Virus record (IMG/VR): IMGVR_UViG_3300047476_002078
Span: 186,001 to 250,000 of that record
Length of the DNA: 64,000 nucleotides
Strand: one strand, 5' to 3'
In this document: piece by piece, positions 55,355 to 64,000 of the stretch
Position numbering within the stretch: position 1 is the stretch's first letter
Layout of the letters: every line of letters begins with the position of its first letter
Program-made: the position numbers and the translations under genes
The notes under the pieces: generated by a model
The model's database searches: none
What the model saw: the letters and a program-made list of their open reading frames with translations, nothing else
What the model was told of the DNA's origin: nothing

Positions 55355-58300
55355 AACTTACCTAGAGGTCTTCCTTTAATTTTGAATAAATCAAACGAGT
55401 TATTTGAAGAGAAATCAGAGTTGGTTATTTCAACGCTTGTTTCTGTAGTCATTCTTGTTTCAACTCTTAAAACGTACTCACCTCTTTCAAAATTTCCTGT
55501 AGGGTCTTCTAAAACTTGTTCGAGCATAAACATAACAGTTTGTTTCTTAACAGAGTTAATAGTATCCATACCAACTGAATAGAAATTTGAACCTTTAAAA
55601 GTACCTCGGTTATTGATTACATTATCTTTAGAAATGTAATTTTCTCTGCCTGATACATAAGGTTGTACTCTAGTCGAGGTTTCATCGTTAATACCAGAAA
55701 CAATAGGCACGTCAAAAGAATAGGCTCTGTTTTTGAAGAAATTGATACCTGCCCCGTCACTTAAAGGATAGCTTCCTTTTTGACGTAAAAATTTCATAAT
55801 TCTTTGTTCTTTTTGACCATACCAAATTTCTCCATCTTGAGGAGCCACAACATTTGGATTATCTATTTCAATATATGGAGGAATGATATTAAACCCATAA
55901 ACTTTTTCCGAAGGAGAGTTTACTAAACTAATAAATTTAACTCTAACAACTGTGGTAGATGAAGAATCTCCTCCAGTTCTTGAAGTAAACTCTAATCTAT
56001 TCCAACCTGTTACAAAATTTAAAGCTTCGTAAGAATGGAATGTATCGTCTTCACAAATTAAGTGCATTGAAAAGTTTTCAACTTTAGATTGATCTGGTAT
56101 AAAAACCCAGTAAACTAAACGGCTTCCAGCCACTACATTTCCATCAACATCAATTAGTGCTGACCAGTCATTGTAAAATGTTTCTTTTGAAATCTCTGCA
56201 AGACTTCCGCTTGTTCCTGTTTTGTTAAATCTTAAAGTAGGTCTTAGATACATACTTCTAATATCATCTGTTCTGATTCCAGACGTATCTAAATTATCAG
56301 ATTCCCAGTCATGAAGAACTTCAAAATCATTGCTAGAAAACCCTCCGCTTATTGTGTAGTCAGCGTCAAGACTTATGCCTTTATGATAAGGGTAAATTTC
56401 TGCACCTAAAGGTTCGTTTCCTAAATCAGAATCTTTATCTGAGAAAGCCTTTGGTAATTTTACAGAGATAGGGGAATAAGCATCTGGAACGGTAGAGTTA
56501 AATCCATTTGTTCCAGAAGTGTGAACTAAGAACCCTCTTGCTTGATCTATCAAACGTGTTCTTACGAATGAATTTACTCCATTACCAAATGATTGCTTCG
56601 CAGTAACTCCTTGGTATGGCGTAAACATATAAAAAATTTGTAATTGCTGATTTGAATCTAAAGCTTTTGATCTATTTACTGTGATAGAAATTGTGTTGTT
56701 TTGACTTACTCCTATAGGAGAATCAAGTTGAACAGTAATAAAATTTCCATCAATAGTGGTAGTACATGGAGTTGCAAGACCATCAATGTAACAAATGTCT
56801 TGGTAGGTGCTTAAAGATAACTTTTCAGATTGAGCAGAATAGATAATTCCTGTAGAAGCAATCGTTATTTGAGTTAAATTTTGCCCGTTAAGAACAGTCT
56901 TACTTAAAATTTCAATTTGAGAAAGATTTGTAATAGATTTGGTTTTTTCTTGAATAAGAGCAGCATTATTAGCAAGACCTACTGCAAAAACCATAGGAGT
57001 ATTTACAGGTACAGCGTTATTAAAAATAACTGTAATCGTATTATCAAAATTTTGATTTATCTGTTGTATGCTCAATGGAGAAGTTGATCTGGAAATTAAA
57101 GTTCCACTGACTGTAATATAATGAACATGAGTAATAGGGATAGTGCCGTAATTGGCAGGTAGTGTATAACTTTGAGTACCGTCTCCAAATACTTGTAAAA
57201 ATCCTAAAGTAGTGAATCCTTCTTTTTCATTCTTCCCGATTCTGTAGTCTTGTGCTGTTAAATTTGAAACTAAAGAACCTGATCTGATTCCATCAAGATC
57301 ATTTTCGGATACAAAGCTAAAATTAACATTGTCACGTACTTCAAAAATTCTTTTTATTTCAGTTGGAACGAATGTTAATCCGTTTCCATTAGGATAAGCA
57401 ATTTCATACTCAACATAAAGCTGTTGATTAGAAACACCTGTAGGAACTTCTCCTAGTGTTATGATTAAAGCTGTATCCCCAACAGGTTCAATTACACTTG
57501 GAATTTCAACTTTTGATTCAGAAGCTCCTGATTTTACAACTGCGAAAACCTTTAAAGGGTTTCTTCCAAATGTCGTTCCTACTGGGTTTGAACCAAGCAA
57601 GTTTAGATTGAATTGATCTCCTAGAGTCCAGTTGATACCTTTAACTTCTGTTCTATCAGTAAGAGAGAATCTTTGAATTGTTTTTTGAATTGTGTCAGCA
57701 TCACTGAATACACGTCTTTGACCATTTGGGGCAGCTATGTCTAATGCTCCAGTCTGGTCAACTGTGGAAATACCATCTACATGAAGACCTGTAGCATTAA
57801 ATGATAAATCTGCTCCTAGAACAGATTCAGTTAAAACAGTATTTAGGTTTCCTTCGAGTAGGCTTTTAAAAGCAAAATCAAGTTGATGTGTATTTACACT
57901 AATAACGCAAGTATGTCTTAAATCTTCAATATCCCCGATTTCTATTTTATCGTTAAAATATCCGTCTGGTCTGTCTGAATTTCCTTGAGCAATTGTTTTT
58001 CCTGCTCCGTTAAGATTCAGTAAACTAAAAGGGGAAGCGTTTCTTCTGTGTATTCTAAAAAGAGGTATAGCGTATGAATAACCATCAACTGTACCTAAAT
58101 CTGAAATAGAAGAAGAGTCTCCATTACCTGCTCTGTATAGTCCGGAATCATCTAATGCTTTTTCAAAAGAATAAGCTAAACTCGTATTCCCTCTTCCTGC
58201 TTGAGCTTTGACGTTGTTAGTGTCAAGAATACCTTCAGGAAAACCTGCAAAATTAACTCCAGTGACTACACGGATACGATACTGCATTTGAACACGTTGC

Positions 58301-58857
58301 GTAGTATCTGTTCCGATAGGGCTGTAATAAATGTCATCATCAAGATGTTCCATTCCGCTTTGGACGTTACCAAATTTATAAATTTTTCCACTTTCAGGAC
58401 GGTTTGCTAAAGAGTTTGGAAATAATTCTTGATACCACACTTCAAGAAAAACTAAATCTTGTCTTGAACCTGAAGATGGAGCGGGAGGCAAAGTAATTGC
58501 TAGTTTTGATTGATCGCTTGTATTAGTTCCGCCAACATCAAGAACTTCACCTAAAACATTAACCTTAAATGGTAGTCCAAGAAAATTTCTTACTATAAAT
58601 TGATTGGGAGTTTCAGTTAAGTTTACTCCGTAGGCGTTACCATTATTATCATATCCAATTTCAAAAGCGTTTACATCCATAGGATAGAAACCGCTCGTCA
58701 TTAGCTCACGAACTTGCATTTTATTTAAGTCGTGTGCTAAATCTCCAACGAAGTTAAGTTCTGAATCCAGAGGCGGTTTACTTGGTTTGAAAATTACACT
58801 TCTGTAGCTTGTGTTGTTTGATTCAAGAGTTCTAGTTGTTCCAGTATAACTTTTCAT
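55351..58857 (-). CDS. Large virion structural protein (baseplate/fibre-associated), paralogue 1
   Basis: N-terminal F.P.KPPLDSELN reminiscent of DUF6519-type proteins; D.VFLEVW, R.Q.QYRIRV, LGTVDGY.YA.P; beta-rich body. Confidence 0.65.
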   Translation of the reverse strand: MKSYTGTTRTLESNNTSYRSVIFKPSKPPLDSELNFVGDLAHDLNKMQVRELMTSGFYPMDVNAFEIGYDNNGNAYGVNLTETPNQFIVRNFLGLPFKVNVLGEVLDVGGTNTSDQSKLAITLPPAPSSGSRQDLVFLEVWYQELFPNSLANRPESGKIYKFGNVQSGMEHLDDDIYYSPIGTDTTQRVQMQYRIRVVTGVNFAGFPEGILDTNNVKAQAGRGNTSLAYSFEKALDDSGLYRAGNGDSSSISDLGTVDGYSYAIPLFRIHRRNASPFSLLNLNGAGKTIAQGNSDRPDGYFNDKIEIGDIEDLRHTCVISVNTHQLDFAFKSLLEGNLNTVLTESVLGADLSFNATGLHVDGISTVDQTGALDIAAPNGQRRVFSDADTIQKTIQRFSLTDRTEVKGINWTLGDQFNLNLLGSNPVGTTFGRNPLKVFAVVKSGASESKVEIPSVIEPVGDTALIITLGEVPTGVSNQQLYVEYEIAYPNGNGLTFVPTEIKRIFEVRDNVNFSFVSENDLDGIRSGSLVSNLTAQDYRIGKNEKEGFTTLGFLQVFGDGTQSYTLPANYGTIPITHVHYITVSGTLISRSTSPLSIQQINQNFDNTITVIFNNAVPVNTPMVFAVGLANNAALIQEKTKSITNLSQIEILSKTVLNGQNLTQITIASTGIIYSAQSEKLSLSTYQDICYIDGLATPCTTTIDGNFITVQLDSPIGVSQNNTISITVNRSKALDSNQQLQIFYMFTPYQGVTAKQSFGNGVNSFVRTRLIDQARGFLVHTSGTNGFNSTVPDAYSPISVKLPKAFSDKDSDLGNEPLGAEIYPYHKGISLDADYTISGGFSSNDFEVLHDWESDNLDTSGIRTDDIRSMYLRPTLRFNKTGTSGSLAEISKETFYNDWSALIDVDGNVVAGSRLVYWVFIPDQSKVENFSMHLICEDDTFHSYEALNFVTGWNRLEFTSRTGGDSSSTTVVRVKFISLVNSPSEKVYGFNIIPPYIEIDNPNVVAPQDGEIWYGQKEQRIMKFLRQKGSYPLSDGAGINFFKNRAYSFDVPIVSGINDETSTRVQPYVSGRENYISKDNVINNRGTFKGSNFYSVGMDTINSVKKQTVMFMLEQVLEDPTGNFERGEYVLRVETRMTTETSVEITNSDFSSNNSFDLFKIKGRPLGKL

Positions 58858-58861
58858 TATT

Positions 58862-61800
58862 TTAAACCTTCTGATTTATACTCAGTCTTCTGTTTTTAGT
58901 GTAAAAGAAATCCGCAGCTATTACGACACGGTTAGCTTCATTCAAGGTTCCCTCTAAGCTAGTAACCTCTAAATTATTGTTAAAAATTAAATGATTAGCT
59001 GAACCGACTTTTAGTAAGTTAAATTCAGGTCTATTCACACTCTCGATATTTGATGTGGTGGTTATGACAAAAGACAAAAGCTCTCCTTCTAAAACGCCTT
59101 TTCCTATAGCTAAACCGTGAATAATATTTAAAGTATTGCTTCCAGTTCTATATTTTATAACCACTTTATCAGTCAGAGCAGGAGCTTCCCTTAAAACAAT
59201 CATTCCTTCATTTCCAAAAACTTCCAGAATATCTTCTGGTTCTAGTTCTACACCATTTTTCACTACAACTAAATCAGGTGCATATATTTCCCAATCTGCC
59301 GTTGTTGAAGATTCTGAAAAAGGAGTTTTAATTACTAAGGTCGCATCATCGGTAATTTTTGAAACTTCATACCAAGTAGTAGAACCCATAGGTCTGATTA
59401 AATAGCCCGGTCTTAAAGAGCGTGTGAAAAAAGCGTTTAATCCGCTTACTGTAGTTGAGGCATTGTTGAAAACAGCTAATCCTACCATTTTCCAAGTACG
59501 ACTTAAACATACGGTATTATAAATAGCCATTATTTTTCTTGAAACTTTAAATATTCTGTTTCCACCATTTACTTGTAAAGTTACGTTCTCTTCTAACCTT
59601 TCAACAAGGTCGTCAACTCTGTACGAAATTTTTGGAGAATTTAAAGAACATCCTCTTTGTACGGCGTATGGAGAAGCATCACTTTCTTTTTTAAGAACTA
59701 AAGTGTCTCCAATTTTAAGAGATTTTGTTTCAGGATAACCGTCATATCTATAAGTTAATTCTTTGATACTTCCAATAGCTTTGCTGTTAGGAATCAAAAG
59801 ATTTGAATTATCTAGCTGGTAGTCATAATCCGTTGAGTTTAACGGAAGCCTTGTGGAAATTCCGTAGATACCTTCACTGATCTGTGATGGAATTTGTGGA
59901 GCACCTTCATAATTTTTAGGATTGCTACTGCCTGTACCATTAGTTGTTATTTTTGCATTGTCGCACAAATAAACAACTTCAGCTTCTAATGTTTCACCTG
60001 TTGAAATTAAGCTACTAAGACCTTGATAAGGAACATAATCGTAGGTGATTGTGTATTGGTCTGTAGCTAAAGGGGCAAAGCTACCTATCATAGGAATGTA
60101 GATAATTTTTCCTGCTTCAGGAGCTAATGGAAAGTTAATCGTAATTCGTGATGAATTTAAGCCTATAACAGAGCTTATTTCAACCCACTTACCATCGCTT
60201 GTTTGAGTGTCTGCTACGTAAGCGTGAGCCTTATAAGAACTACCGTCGTAAAGCCCTGCCACTCCATAAACAAATTCCATTTTGTTTAAAACTTGAGTGA
60301 CTGGTGAAATGTTATATTGATTTGCCCCTGTTGAGGTCAGTTGATACATCAAGGTCTGAGAAAAATTTTCTAAACCTTTGTTCTTTCTATTTATCTCACA
60401 AGCATATCCACTCATTAAGACAGTTACTTTTATAATGTCATTTAAAGTCGGGAAATAAGATTGAAAATTTATTTCAAAAGACCCGTCAGCACGTCTTAAA
60501 ACTTTAGGATTGTTGGAAAATCCTAATGGTATGTCTTGCCCACCTGAAAACTGCACTCTTCCAATTGTGAGAACAGTTCTTCCATCAATAGTAGAAGGTA
60601 TAGTTACTTTGCCTGAACCGTTTCCAGTAATGTGGTAAACTCTCTCAATGACACCGCCTCTAAAATTTTCTTGTTGAGAGGTAGGGTTTATAAATCGGCT
60701 TACTGGAAAAATTGTTTGAGAGTCTCTCCAAGTGCCTTGAACTACTCTATTTAATTCTTGTGATATTACTTTTTCATCTTCAGTGAAAACTACATCCGTA
60801 GCTTTCATATCATCTCTTATATTATAAACATTTCTAGGTATTTGAAAAAGTCCGGAACCCGAAGGAATCACTAAATCATATTCTATGATGATAGGTTTTC
60901 CTGCTAAGTCTCCAGCGGCGGATGGTCTGAAAGTGACTTTATCTTTATTTGTTCTGTCTCCGAGATTAGACCAACCATTAATTCCCACATTGGCAGGGAT
61001 TATTTCTAGCCCTGTCTGAGCGTTATATATCTTTGGAACATTTTCTGCTCCTATAAATGGATTGTAACTTCTATACTGTTCAGAATCAGTTACCGTGTAA
61101 AATTGCGGAGGAAATATTTCTAATTGGTTTACCGAATTTAAAGTAGCGGCAGCTAAATAAATTACAGTTCTTTGAGTTTTTTCAGAGTCAGTAAAATTTC
61201 TTTTTACGTTGTTAGGTCTGCGTAAAAAACTCTCATTGATATTTGGTCGATCTGTTGCTGAAATACCGTCAATTTGGATATTAACTGAAGAAAAAATATC
61301 AGGTCGATCTCCTAATATTAATCTGTCAGGGATACCTCTAATAAGATTATCGAAAGATTCCTCACAAATAGCTTTTAAATCTTCTTCTATGGCTACAGTG
61401 TGTCTTAAATCTTCTATGTCAAAACGATATATTTCATCTCCGAAAATACCGTCAGGTCGATCTGAATTTCCTTGTGATAAAAGCTTGGAAGCTCCATTTG
61501 GATTTGAATTTGAATAGATTGTTTTATTTTTTCTGTGAAGGCTACATAAAGGCAATGCGTACACATATCCATCTACAGTTCCAAGATCATTTGCAGACTG
61601 TTCTGTTCCATTCCCTGCTACATAATGACCCATCTCTGTTTTTTGGAAAACATAGTTAGGATTTGAGACAGGTAAACTTTTAGCACCTTGCCCAAAAATA
61701 GACGGATGCCCTAATCCTTCTCGATAAGATACTAAATCTACCCCTTCTGAGACTCTAATTCGGTACTTAGTTTGTACTCGAACGGAGGTTTCTCTATTTA

Positions 61801-62323
61801 CGGAAGGGTCAATCAAATCATTCGTAAAAGGAGATAAAGCGGTTTGAGCATTTCCAAATTTGTTGATAGCACTTGAAGGGTTTACTAACTCGTCCCACAC
61901 TTCTAAGAAAACGACATCATCTCTGGAACCTGATTCAGGTCCATCTCCAACAAGAAAAACTAATTCATCTTCTTGGTTTGATAAAATCTTCCAGATGTTA
62001 TCAGAAGCTCCAATTTGGAATTGGTTTGTACCTGCTCCCAAGAACAATATTTTTCCATTGATTAAAACTAAAGGGTTTTTAATCTTGATGGCATTTTTCC
62101 AAAAACTACTTCCGTTTTCAGGTCGAGTAGTGATCTCACCACGAGTAATGAAACCAGATTTGTGAAAAGACCGTAAAATATCACTAATAATAGTATTTTG
62201 AATATTTTGAAGTAAATTGAACTCAGAGTCCAAAGGCGGTCTAAGTGGTTGAAAAACAACTGAATTAAAAGATTTATCTTTTGCTTCAAGAACTCTTGAG
62301 ACTTTGTTTCCTAATTTCTGCAT
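58862..62323 (-). CDS. Large virion structural protein (baseplate/fibre-associated), paralogue 2
   Basis: Shares PPLDSE.N, DDVVFLEVW, LGTVDGYVYA.P and QGNSDRPDG...DIEDLRH blocks with the adjacent gene. Confidence 0.65.
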   Translation of the reverse strand: MQKLGNKVSRVLEAKDKSFNSVVFQPLRPPLDSEFNLLQNIQNTIISDILRSFHKSGFITRGEITTRPENGSSFWKNAIKIKNPLVLINGKILFLGAGTNQFQIGASDNIWKILSNQEDELVFLVGDGPESGSRDDVVFLEVWDELVNPSSAINKFGNAQTALSPFTNDLIDPSVNRETSVRVQTKYRIRVSEGVDLVSYREGLGHPSIFGQGAKSLPVSNPNYVFQKTEMGHYVAGNGTEQSANDLGTVDGYVYALPLCSLHRKNKTIYSNSNPNGASKLLSQGNSDRPDGIFGDEIYRFDIEDLRHTVAIEEDLKAICEESFDNLIRGIPDRLILGDRPDIFSSVNIQIDGISATDRPNINESFLRRPNNVKRNFTDSEKTQRTVIYLAAATLNSVNQLEIFPPQFYTVTDSEQYRSYNPFIGAENVPKIYNAQTGLEIIPANVGINGWSNLGDRTNKDKVTFRPSAAGDLAGKPIIIEYDLVIPSGSGLFQIPRNVYNIRDDMKATDVVFTEDEKVISQELNRVVQGTWRDSQTIFPVSRFINPTSQQENFRGGVIERVYHITGNGSGKVTIPSTIDGRTVLTIGRVQFSGGQDIPLGFSNNPKVLRRADGSFEINFQSYFPTLNDIIKVTVLMSGYACEINRKNKGLENFSQTLMYQLTSTGANQYNISPVTQVLNKMEFVYGVAGLYDGSSYKAHAYVADTQTSDGKWVEISSVIGLNSSRITINFPLAPEAGKIIYIPMIGSFAPLATDQYTITYDYVPYQGLSSLISTGETLEAEVVYLCDNAKITTNGTGSSNPKNYEGAPQIPSQISEGIYGISTRLPLNSTDYDYQLDNSNLLIPNSKAIGSIKELTYRYDGYPETKSLKIGDTLVLKKESDASPYAVQRGCSLNSPKISYRVDDLVERLEENVTLQVNGGNRIFKVSRKIMAIYNTVCLSRTWKMVGLAVFNNASTTVSGLNAFFTRSLRPGYLIRPMGSTTWYEVSKITDDATLVIKTPFSESSTTADWEIYAPDLVVVKNGVELEPEDILEVFGNEGMIVLREAPALTDKVVIKYRTGSNTLNIIHGLAIGKGVLEGELLSFVITTTSNIESVNRPEFNLLKVGSANHLIFNNNLEVTSLEGTLNEANRVVIAADFFYTKNRRLSINQKV

Positions 62324-62378
62324 CTTCTATCTCTTCATTTCAATTTGTAGAATAATAACTATGATTTATAAATGTAAA

Positions 62379-62660
62379 TTAGTCGAAAATGCACTTTACA
62401 TAAATACCGTCATGTAAAATTATTCGTACTCCTTGTATTTTTAATTTTCCTGCTTTTGTACATTCTGGACAGAAAACTCCATCAAAATGTTCATAGATTC
62501 CCATGATTGAATTTGTTACTTTGTCTCCAATTTTAAAATATTTTTCTTTATCTTCAAAAAAGGAAGGAGTTCCTAATTCAACAGAACCTTTATAGTCACA
62601 AGTAGAGCACTTGAAACCGTCACAAAAAAATTTGTTAATCTTTATTGGAAAGTTATACAC
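62379..62660 (-). CDS. Small Zn-finger-like protein
   Basis: FKCSTC ... FCPEC paired CxxC motifs. Confidence 0.5.
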   Translation of the reverse strand: MYNFPIKINKFFCDGFKCSTCDYKGSVELGTPSFFEDKEKYFKIGDKVTNSIMGIYEHFDGVFCPECTKAGKLKIQGVRIILHDGIYVKCIFD

Positions 62661-62689
62661 AGAGATATTGTAGTAAGCAGAAAGAATAA

Positions 62690-63037
62690 TTATTCATATA
62701 AATTATAATTATTCCAATGATCTGCTTCTATCCAGCGTATTTTTTGAACACCTTTATAGTTTGGATTGTTTTGAAAAGAAGAAACTTCTTTAATCTTTTT
62801 AACAGATAATTGTTTGTAACAAGTATCACCGAAATTATCAGTGATACAAAGAACAACACAATCTTCATCGTTCAAACAATTAAAGACTTCTTCAAATATA
62901 CCGTACCCTCTATTTTGGATAGAAGGTACACAATACCATAAAACATTCCTATCAGTTTTTTTAAACTGACTCGCAGGAACAGGATTACCAGCAAGTTGGA
63001 TTAATTTAACCCAACCAGCTTCATCAACTTTAACCAT
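62690..63037 (-). CDS. Hypothetical protein
   Basis: 115-aa ORF. Confidence 0.5.
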   Translation of the reverse strand: MVKVDEAGWVKLIQLAGNPVPASQFKKTDRNVLWYCVPSIQNRGYGIFEEVFNCLNDEDCVVLCITDNFGDTCYKQLSVKKIKEVSSFQNNPNYKGVQKIRWIEADHWNNYNLYE

Positions 63038-63115
63038 TTTGAAAACATTTAATATTTATTTTTGATTACAAAGGGAAATATTAAAACCCTTTTGCCGGAC
63101 TAATTCGGTCTTTCT

Positions 63116-63530
63116 CATGAAGAACATGAAACATAAGCATGAGTTGTTTTTGTTATTTCTCCTACTACCGTTTTTTCTTCTTTAGCTTTTCTTCTAGCAA
63201 GTTACCTGCCCCCTCAGAGTCTCATAGGTTTAGTCTTTTGGAGAGTATAGTATTAAATACATCATCTCCCTAGCATCCTAATACAGGTGAGTTGCAATTT
63301 GATTATTCATAAAAAAATATTCAATTGCAATAGTATAGTTGAAAATTTTTTAAAATTTTTATTTTACGGTATTTTGTTAAATTATTTACGGTAATCTATA
63401 ACGTACTATGTTAAATTTAACAGAATTAATAACACGTATTGTTATTTTATTTTGCCATGAAGAACATGAAACATAAGCATGAGTTGTTTTTGTTATTTCT
63501 CCTACTACCGTTTTTTCTTCTTTAGCTTTT
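63116..63530. repeat. Two identical 75-bp direct repeats 340 bp apart
   Basis: CATGAAGAACATGAAACATAAGCATGAGTTGTTTTTGTTATTTCTCCTACTACCGTTTTTTCTTCTTTAGCTTTT at 63116-63190 and 63456-63530. Confidence 0.95.
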
Positions 63531-63642
63531 TTAATGCTTAAAAAAGAAAGAGAGAGATAATATATAATATAATATAGTAAAACATATATTGTTCTAATTT
63601 GACTTATTTTGTCAGGATAATAAATAAAGATTTTACGGTAAA
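63363..63642. promoter_or_regulatory. Cluster of TTTAC-G-GTAAA palindrome copies
   Basis: TTTACGGTAtt 63363-63373, TTTACGGTAAt 63384-63394 (21 bp apart), perfect TTTACGGTAAA 63632-63642. Confidence 0.55.
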
Positions 63643-63718
63643 TCAAGCTACAGTAAATTAATTAATAAACCCGTGATTAGTTTTCTTTAAAGGAATATAA
63701 ATCGGAGGGATACTTATT

Positions 63719-64000
63719 GTGGTTAAGGATGAGTTAAAACGAACCATAAAGTTTGCTGAAGGTTTAGGATTAAAAATCCGTTTTGTGAAAAGAAACGGAG
63801 ATTATCATGGTTGTTATGTTCATCCTGATAAAAAACAAACAGGTGAAATAGAAATATGTCGTGGACCTAGAACGACAGTTACATTTCAAATAATAACCCT
63901 TTTGCATGAAATAGGGCATCATTTAGATTATACGGAAAGGTTAAAGATTCCTGACGCATACTGCAAGGTAGGGGATAATTCAACCCCTAAGTGGGCAAGG
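63719..64000 (+). CDS. HExxH metallopeptidase, ImmA/IrrE-like (3' truncated by window edge)
   Basis: GGAGG RBS then GTG; frame open to the window end: MVKDELKRTIKFAEGLGLKI...ITLLHEIGHHLD. Confidence 0.7.
   Translation, partial: MVKDELKRTIKFAEGLGLKIRFVKRNGDYHGCYVHPDKKQTGEIEICRGPRTTVTFQIITLLHEIGHHLDYTERLKIPDAYCKVGDNSTPKWAR

Noticed and set aside
441-62289. Numerous short antisense or overlapping ORFs in the track (e.g. 441..686, 4904..5269, 25349..25648, 51361..51774, 61209..61517)
   Set aside because: They lie opposite or inside well-supported genes and show no motifs or RBS; treated as shadow ORFs.
63116-63530. CRISPR array
   Set aside because: Only two copies, 75 bp long with a 265-bp spacer; no cas genes.
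63386-63646. 86-aa minus-strand ORF from the track
   Set aside because: Low-complexity Tyr/Ile-rich translation across the repeat and AT-rich tract, no RBS; likely spurious.
1-64000. Stop-codon reassignment (alternative genetic code)
   Set aside because: Long conserved genes (PolA, TerL, DnaB, portal) are intact and densely packed under the standard code.

Overview
The whole window looks like part of a large, AT-rich tailed-phage genome (Caudoviricetes, probably contractile-tailed); no host chromosome segment is evident. Left to right it holds: (i) Pol III-type sliding clamp (truncated at the window edge) and DnaX clamp loader, a NusG paralogue and a tandem sigma-4 protein; (ii) a packaging/head block with probable TerS, TerL carrying a 283-aa intein in its Walker A motif, portal, fibre and Kelch-repeat proteins, and a Dps-like protein; (iii) an accessory block with glycosyltransferases (GTs), methyltransferases (MTases), a SpoT/Mesh1-like HD hydrolase, a 16-12-16 inverted repeat, an amidoligase, a minimal tyrosine recombinase and a degenerate 2OG-Fe(II) oxygenase; (iv) a baseplate/tape-measure block; (v) PhoH, an unusual sigma factor, a family A DNA polymerase, an rmlABD plus GT cluster, a second 2OG-Fe(II) oxygenase, a stand-alone primase zinc finger, DnaB, a DnaC-like protein and a SNF2 helicase; (vi) a second sigma-like gene, two paralogous ~1150-aa virion proteins, and a repeat-rich non-coding region before a truncated HExxH peptidase gene. 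No tRNA, rRNA, CRISPR array or reverse transcriptase was recognised. The best candidates for new biology are a phage-encoded sugar synthesis/glycosylation/methylation system, a sigma factor with inserted winged-helix domains, a possible minimal invertible promoter next to the recombinase, and a recurrent [K/R]-x-A-[S/T] motif in head-region proteins. All assignments come from motifs recognised by eye; no database searches or folding were run.
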